64,000 bases of DNA from assembly GCA_964019335.1 (NCBI GenBank), contig OZ025697.1, positions 186,001 through 250,000 on the forward strand, read 5' to 3'. The notes below the pieces were generated by a model. The model did no database searches, was not told the origin of the DNA, and worked only from the letters and a program-made list of their open reading frames with translations. This document shows positions 57,101-64,000 of this stretch, piece by piece. This DNA is from Diplonema japonicum. Its lineage: Eukaryota > Protista > Euglenozoa: Diplonemea. Positions within the stretch are counted from its first letter, which is position 1. Each line of letters opens with the position of its first letter. Both the position numbers and the translations under genes were made by a program.

Positions 57101-59016
57101 AGTGTCTCATGTGGTGTCTCAACAACCCCGACAGGCACGCTTTGCTTCGGTTGCTGCTGGACCTGCTGAACCTGTATCATCCCAGAGGGCTGCCTGTACT
57201 TGTCCAGAAGCACCACAAGCTCCGCGTTCTCCTGCTGGTACTTATTGGCTTCCTCCTCTGCGAATGACTTGGCACTCTGAAGCCTGGCAATTTCCTCGTC
57301 CGTTTGGCTCATGTCGCTTACCTCGCGCAGCTTCTGCTGGAGACTCTGGATCTCCAGATCCCTGCTTTCGAGGTCTGCTGTGAGCTGTGCCTGCACAGAA
57401 GCCATCTTCTCAATCTGCGATGTCTTTTGTTGCACGATGCCCTGCATCGCCTCCTCCGTGCTTCTCGACTTTGAAAGTGACAGCGCCATGTCGCGTAGCT
57501 CATGTTCCTTCGTCTGCACCTGCGCCATCAGGTTTTCGATGCGACTGTTCAAGTGCGACACGGTGGATGTTGTGAGGCGTGCGACCTTCTCGTTTGCCTT
57601 GTCGAGGTCCATGCGCAGTGTAGTTACAACGCTCTCGAGAGGGCCACCGTGCGCCTTGTAGTCGATGTGGATGTCCTCAACTAGCTTCAGAGCTTCCCAC
57701 TTATCGAGCATCGCTAGCTGCAGTGCTGTTATGTTCTGCGGCGACACACTCCACTCCTTCGGCACGTCTCTACCAGACAGCACGCCCTTCGCCAGCTTTG
57801 TGAAAGGTGATGCAGAGGTGGTGGAACTGCTGTACGGGTTGATGTTCGCAAGGTTGCTGACGGCAGTCACGATGTCGTTGGCAATAGGCGGTGAAGACTG
57901 GGGCGGTGGGGGAGAGGGTGCCGCTGCAGGCGTCACGCTGCGCTTCGACTCGGTGCGTTCGGATTTCTCCAGCTCTTCGTGCGCAGCACGCAGCATGCGG
58001 TCCTTCTTCACCAGCTCCGCCGCTAGCTCCTCGAACTTGCTGAAGTCCGGCACAGTGTGGCGCAGACCCCAGACGGTGAGGGAGTTGTCCTTCCCAAATG
58101 ACCACATGACCGTGTTCAGCATGGACTGCGCGGGGGACAATGCCACAAGAGGCTGCCCGTGCTGGTCGAGGGCGCCAATGGACTTCAATGCTTGGAGGTC
58201 CCACAGGACGATCCTGCCGTCGAGGGAGCAGGACGCGAGCAGCGAGTTGGAGAGGGTGATGAGGCTCTTGACGGGCGCACTGTGCCCACGAAGCTCGGCA
58301 GCAGGAGACGTGGAAGAGTCGTCCCATATTCTAATGATACTATCGGCACCGGATGTGATTACGACAGCACTGGGGGCTCGTGTGGGGATAGCCACCTTTA
58401 GAATGGATGTCACATCGCTGGAGTGTGCAGAGGTCTCTTTGGTGACGGTGCCTGTCTCGTCCCAATACTTGAGCTGGCCCGAGGAATGGCCTGTGACGAT
58501 GGAGGTGGGGGAGAGAACAGCGATCGAAGTAGCGACTGACGCAATGGGCCACCACCTGAGGGATCGCCCTGTGGTGCCCTCGTAAAGCTTCAGAGAGGAG
58601 GATGTGATGATGTAGACTGTGGAGGTGTGGACAGTGATGCCTGTGACGGGCTCCGCGGAGATGATGGACGAGGCGATCTGCTTACGCGTTGACGCCTTGT
58701 AGATGAGGGCCTGGCCCTCTGCAGAGAGTGCCCACACGTGCCCCTCGCACAGCGCCATGTGAGTGATCTTCGCTTCCTTCTCAAAGCCCTCCACAGTGTC
58801 CAGCACCTCGCACGACTGCGGCTTTCTTATCGTTATGTTTTGGTTCCTCTGCTGCGTCCCTGCCACCCACATGTTCCCTTCCTCATCCGCCACGGCGGCC
58901 GTCAATCCCCCCAAACTGCTCTTCGCTTCGATGCTCTGCAAGATACTACATTGCACCGCAGTGCTTGCGCCTTGCTTGATGGGCGGGGCCTGCCAGCTGC
59001 TTTGCGAGGCTGGCAT
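54184..59016 (-). CDS. WD40 beta-propeller plus long coiled-coil protein (two 3' introns)
   Basis: GH/WD repeats (AHSSDVT..SGADSIIRIWD, GHSAPV..CSLDGRIVLWD); heptad-rich middle; spliced end inferred. Confidence 0.85.
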
Positions 59017-59283
59017 TTTATTTCTTTTTCTTTTTTTTTGTAACTTCTCCACGACACGCCTTGGTGCCCCCGCCCTGTGGTTTTAGTTGGTTTGCCGCCG
59101 ATTTGCACGTGTTTCAAAAAAAGCAAAACAAAACAAAAACAAAAAAACCGCACTGGTGAAATTTAGAAAATAAAATAAAATAAAATAAAATAAAAACGAC
59201 TTGGCAATTCCGCAAAGCCAGCCTGCGTTGGCGGTGGGACTAAGAAGATAGTAGACAGCAGGGAAGTGGAAATGGGGGGCAGG

Positions 59284-59323
<40 letters not shown>

Positions 59324-59856
59324 CTTTTTTTTTTTTTCTCCTTCTGTTCTGTCTCTCTCTCACTCGCTTAAGTATTCTCCAGGGTTAGCTTCATCTTTGC
59401 TCTACTTCTCTCTTTTCATTATGTTCTTCTTGCCTGGGGAGAGGATAGGGGAACTATTATCTCACAGAAGGGGAGGGGGGAAAGGGGGGGAAATACCCTC
59501 TTCTATCGACCATTAAAAAAAGAGAGAGAGAAAAAAAAGAAAAAAGAAAAAGCGAACCAGCACGTACCCGTGGTCCTCTGACAGTGTAAAGGACTGGAAA
59601 GCGTTGTTACCTGCGGGATGGCTATTAATGCGGCATTAACTTGTTACTTCTTTTTTTTTCCTCCTTTCAGTTTCTGCAAGTAACAACAAAATACTGTAAA
59701 ACTATATCCACGTCCCCTTTTCCTTCCGGGAAAAGATTAAGGGGAAAGATTTACAGCAAGCTATTGACACATTGGAAAATAAGCTGGGGGGGGGGGGGGG
59801 GGTCAGTACTAAAAAAAAGCAGAACGAGCTTTCTTTTTTTTTTTTTTTTTGCCCCG

Positions 59857-59887
<31 letters not shown>

Positions 59888-60089
59888 CGAAGGGAAAAAA
59901 AATAATAAAGGGAGTGTGCATGTTGTTCAAGAACAATAGAAATAAACAAAAAAAAAGAAAAAGACTTAAGTGTATCCCGACTGTGCTCCATCAGGGGCTG
60001 TTTTCACAAAACCGTCTCTTAACAACGACCTCCCCGAATACCCCCTGCTCCTGAGCAACCGCATCCTGCGGCTCGCTATGCGCAACGAG

Positions 60090-61679
60090 TCATTCAGACT
60101 CCACGGCATTGCGCTTCCTCACTGTCAACCGGAGTGCCACAAGCCAGAGAATTGGCGCGAGCGACTTTTTTTTTTTTTTTTTTTTTTTCCCGCCACATAC
60201 CAACAACGCAAACACAAGCAACAGAGCGTCGCGCAGCTGCGTTTGGTTCCGACAGGTGTCGCCTGTGTCGGTCCAGCTGCAAGAATTTTCAGTGTCGACA
60301 TCGCATGTTGCTTCATTGTGGTGTACCTTGCACTTTGTACCCAACGAATCCGAGACAGCCCCAATAAGCAAAGGTGAAGGAAAATCACCAAGACCGTGAA
60401 TCAACAGTATAGTAAAGGACATGGCGTACGTTCGCATGTCGGTAGGCACCGTTTCCAACACGATAGAGTTAATAGGCGCGGTTGTGGCGAAAAGCGCCAC
60501 CTCGCTGATGAAGCATATGGGGAAGAACAAGCCCCGCTTCGTCATCATGAACGCTACAATACCCGCTGGGATGGACACGGCCACGTTTACAATGTTGAAC
60601 TTGTGGCATTTAATCATACCCGTGTAGCCCTTTGAACCGCCGAGCGAATCGACAAACCACCCTCCTGCAGCGGTTCCAAGTAAACCGGACACCGCGGTCA
60701 CACCGCCGAATGTTATTGAAGCCCATGCGGATCCCATTTGCAACGGGCCTTGTTCTAAATAAACAATGCCCCACGCTGAAATCCCCCCTATCACGAATGT
60801 GTACATTGCGTAGCCGAGGGCTGTGAGCAGGAAAAGAGGGTTTGCTAACAAGTTTCGAATTGCCTTCCATGCGGTGGGGTACTCTGTAGAATTCTCATTT
60901 AAATTCAATGACATTGCTTCCTCTTCGATGGCAGGGTTCAAGCTTTGCAGTTTTGTGGTGGATGTAATCTTGTCCGGGTTGTGCCCCGTTCCCAAATGTT
61001 TAGGTAAGCGGAGGATCAACAGCGATAATGGTATCATAGGGAAACATTCCGTCGCGAAAACCAACTGCCAGCCTTTGAACACCAATGCTCCATCGCCAGA
61101 AGATATTACCCCGCCTGCAGCCATGCCCACCGCCATTCCCACAGGTATCATTGCAAAGTACAACCCTATCCACATTGTCCTTTTATCGCCTGGTGCCATG
61201 TCGTCAATCATGGTGGGGATGTACCCACAGTATGCTGCTTCTCCTATTCCTATAAAGCAGCGGGAAATAACAAGCATCCAGTAGGTGTTTGATAAGGATG
61301 TGAAGATTGTTGCGGCCATCCAGGCGCATAATCCTGTGAAGACGATGTACGCGGGCTTTATAATCCCGCCAGAAGCGGCGAAGATCGGGGAAAATATCAT
61401 GAAGCCGAGCATGAAGGAGCTTACGACCATGCCTCCGTCGGTGTCGCTCATCTCGGTGCCGTCGCTTTGTTGGAAGTTTGGGTCCTTCTTGATGGAGGAT
61501 AGCCCTCCAGCGACGGCGCCCCGGTCGTAGTAAGAGAGGAAGTTTATCGCCATGAACACGAGAAGTGCGTGGAATCCTTGCAGTCTCCAACCGTCGGGCT
61601 CGTTGCTGTGTTGTAGAAGTTGTGCGTCCTCTTCTTCTTCTTCGTCGTCGTTTTGTATGTGCCTCACCTGCTCGTTCAT
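60090..61679 (-). CDS. Spinster-family MFS transporter; intron 60165-60200
   Basis: INFLSYYDRGAVAG, RCFIGIGEAAY, PTMIDDMAP, FAMIPVGMAVG, IHGLGDFPSPLLIG. Confidence 0.93.
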   Translation of the reverse strand: MNEQVRHIQNDDEEEEEDAQLLQHSNEPDGWRLQGFHALLVFMAINFLSYYDRGAVAGGLSSIKKDPNFQQSDGTEMSDTDGGMVVSSFMLGFMIFSPIFAASGGIIKPAYIVFTGLCAWMAATIFTSLSNTYWMLVISRCFIGIGEAAYCGYIPTMIDDMAPGDKRTMWIGLYFAMIPVGMAVGMAAGGVISSGDGALVFKGWQLVFATECFPMIPLSLLILRLPKHLGTGHNPDKITSTTKLQSLNPAIEEEAMSLNLNENSTEYPTAWKAIRNLLANPLFLLTALGYAMYTFVIGGISAWGIVYLEQGPLQMGSAWASITFGGVTAVSGLLGTAAGGWFVDSLGGSKGYTGMIKCHKFNIVNVAVSIPAGIVAFMMTKRGLFFPICFISEVALFATTAPINSIVLETVPTDMRTYAMSFTILLIHGLGDFPSPLLIGAVSDSLGTKCKVHHNEATCDVDTENSCSWTDTGDTCRNQTQLRDALLLVFALLVCGGKKKKKKKKSLAPILWLVALRLTVRKRNAVESE

Positions 61680-61837
61680 TTTTGTTTTCTTGAAAAAAAA
61701 AAGCTTTTTTTTTTTTTTTTTTTTTTTTCAACTTGCATAAAATCCAATTTTCAACTTGAATAATAGTACTAAAGTAGTACGGGGAGGGGAGGGGGAGAGA
61801 AAAAAAAAAAAGGGAGGGTCGCTCAATTTTCTTTTGT

Positions 61838-61870
<33 letters not shown>

Positions 61871-62497
61871 AAAAAAAAAAGAAAGAAAAAGTTTTTTTTT
61901 TGACACAAGGGGGGGGAAACATGAGCCAAAAGATTCCCCTTTTTTTTTTTCAACAAAAAAAGAACACTTTTTAGAGTTTCTTCGCGCTGTGTTGCATTTG
62001 TTAACTTTAACTTTCTTTTTTTTTTCTTTTTTTTTTCCCTTTTTCTTCAGAAGCTTCTTTTGTGTGAACACGGGGGAGTAACAAAATAAAAGAAATACAA
62101 CAACCTCCCCCTTGGTTTCTTTTCTCTACCTTTTAGCGCACCGCCAGCTGACTGTATAAGTGTGTTCCTCTCTTACGAAAGAAAACAGAAAACAACGGGA
62201 GAGAAGGGGAACGGAAAAAAAGAATACCAGAGACAGAAAGGAAAGGAGAAAAGGAAAAAAAAAAAAGAAAAAAAAAAGGAAAAACTATTCACAACTAGAC
62301 GCTGATTTCTTTTTTTTTTTTTGATAGAGTGGAGGAAGTAGATAAGAAAGAAAAAGAAGAAGAAAAAAAAAACACCAAATCTTATACATGGCTTTTTTTT
62401 TCCCCCTCCTCCCCTTCTTTTTTCTCCGAGGGCTTGGCTTGGGTCCGGGTCACCCAAAGGAAGCCTGGGTCTTCAGGCTACTTTGGATCTGAGATTG

Positions 62498-62546
<49 letters not shown>

Positions 62547-63684
62547 AAGTGCAAAGTTGGGTTTATAGAGTAGAGGCAGCTTGTCCGTTTACCCCTACTG
62601 TAGGTGAAAACGGTTTGCACAAACAAAGGTGGGTATTCTATCGCCCTCACCGGCGTGAGAGGTCACCGGCTGAGACCTCACTGCAGGCTGGCGCCTCCCA
62701 TCCGCGTCTCTGTCGACGCCTGCCACGTCTCGAGAGGCTTTTACAACTTCGTTGTAGAAGTGCCGGCTTGCACAAACAATCAGCCGATTTTTTTTTTTTT
62801 TTTCTCGTACTATTTTGATAACTGATAAAGGCTGCTAAAGAACTGTCAGACTAGGTACTCGATTTCTTTTTTTTTTTTTTTTTTGTGCAAACTTTAGTAT
62901 TTTAGACCCCACCCCTCCCCTTTAGCCTTCCTCTCTCAAGTGTTGTGCACCTGAGACATAGGCCCCACTTACGTTACAAAGGGGGGAATAAAAAAAAAAA
63001 AAAAACCCTTTTTGCTGTAAAGCAGGGCCCCCTGGTTTTTTTTTTTTTCAAAAGGTGCTACTCCTGCTTCGTGGTTGATAAGAGAAGAATTTCTGTTGAG
63101 CTTGACTAGCTTTATCCACCACAAGACTGGTTGCCTAGTTGAGAAGAAGCAGCTCGGCCAACTACTTAGCTGTTTCGGTTCAGTCGTGAGAGTGAAACCC
63201 AAATGAATAATAAAATGGAAGAAAAAACCTGCCGGTCTACCCTACCGAGAGGCCTGTGTAAAGTAAAGTAATGTCACTCATGCGTTGAAATTTTCAAATA
63301 GTAGAGAAAAGGACTGTTCGCACGAATCATCAAAAATAAGGGGGGGTTATAATTATGGTGTATGTGGCTTACTAGTGCCCAACCTTTAATCATCAGCTGT
63401 TTTATTATTATCTCTTATTTCTTCTAACCCAATCGAGAAAAAAAAAAACGGGAAAAAAAAAAAAAAAAAAATAGAAAACTGTAGAATTCAAACTACTTTG
63501 CACTACTTCTTATTTTTTTTTTCTTCTTCTTTTTTTTTTTCTTTTCCCCCTCTTAGTTCAGTGAAGGCACCCTCCCTTTTAAAACTTATACAAAAAAAAA
63601 AAGAGAAAAAAAAAGAGAAAAGGGAATGCCTTTTTGCACTGAAAGCCGCTTCCTGAAGGCAGTTTCAAAGATGCCAACCAAAGG

Positions 63685-63718
<34 letters not shown>

Positions 63719-63914
63719 AGTTTTCTTTTTTTTTTTCTTTTTTTTTTTTTGATTCATTTTCTTCTTGTTGCCATCCTTATCCAATTATTGATAATGGTAC
63801 TCTTTCTTGTTTTTTTTTTTTTCTTTTATATTAGATTTTCGCAAAGGAATAAAAAAAGGGGGGGGTGAAACAAAAAAATATAAGAGTTAAAATCTTTTAT
63901 TTCACTCTTCAGAA

Positions 63915-63970
63915 ATTACTTCACGCACTGGGGGGGCCATTACTTCACGGCCTGTTTTCCGTGAAGTAAT
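63915..63970. repeat. ATTACTTCACG direct repeat plus perfect 12-bp inverted repeat
   Basis: Copies at 63915-63925 and 63939-63950; inverted copy at 63959-63970. Confidence 0.8.
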
Positions 63971-64000
63971 AGGGGGTTTCCGTTAAATAATATGCCTCGG

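Noticed and set aside
59966-60092. Stop-codon readthrough or extra exon after the Spinster TGA
   Set aside because: Downstream frames show no recognisable similarity; simplest reading is 3' UTR
1-64000. tRNA, rRNA, SL-RNA and hammerhead ribozymes
   Set aside because: None found by eye; a covariance-model scan is needed to exclude them

Overview
Eukaryotic nuclear DNA. About 24 host genes all lie on the minus strand, separated by homopolymer-rich spacers and interrupted by very short (mostly ~34-80 nt) GT-AG introns. A unidirectional gene cluster with cis-introns, a purD gene, bacterial-type CAZymes and an ERRxDxxDGxxYTxxEFxxxYGGxxEWDxA motif best fits a diplonemid euglenozoan (inference). 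Recognisable products: PL26/YetA-like lyase on a mucin stalk, two-CSD protein, FDF/FFD mini-protein, pseudokinase-ankyrin, RlaP-like nucleotidyltransferase, RanBP2-ZnF/OTU deubiquitinase, PurD, cyclophilin, two RPL39, dynein LIC, MLO-like, Tul1-like RING ligase, WD40/coiled-coil and Spinster MFS. Main discovery: a ~300-nt non-coding retroposon whose first 134 nt fold into a complete HDV-like self-cleaving ribozyme (copies at 30586-30719 and 36859-36992, minus strand, co-oriented with the genes), plus 5'-truncated fragments. A decayed LINE has a 3' stem-loop that recurs with a compensatory base change. Also seen: near-pure poly(A) cis-introns, a TIR-bounded 12-bp minisatellite element, other MITE-like elements and a clustered UUCUCCCAU motif. 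There is a 200-nt assembly gap at 34871-35070. All assignments are by eye; no searches were run.
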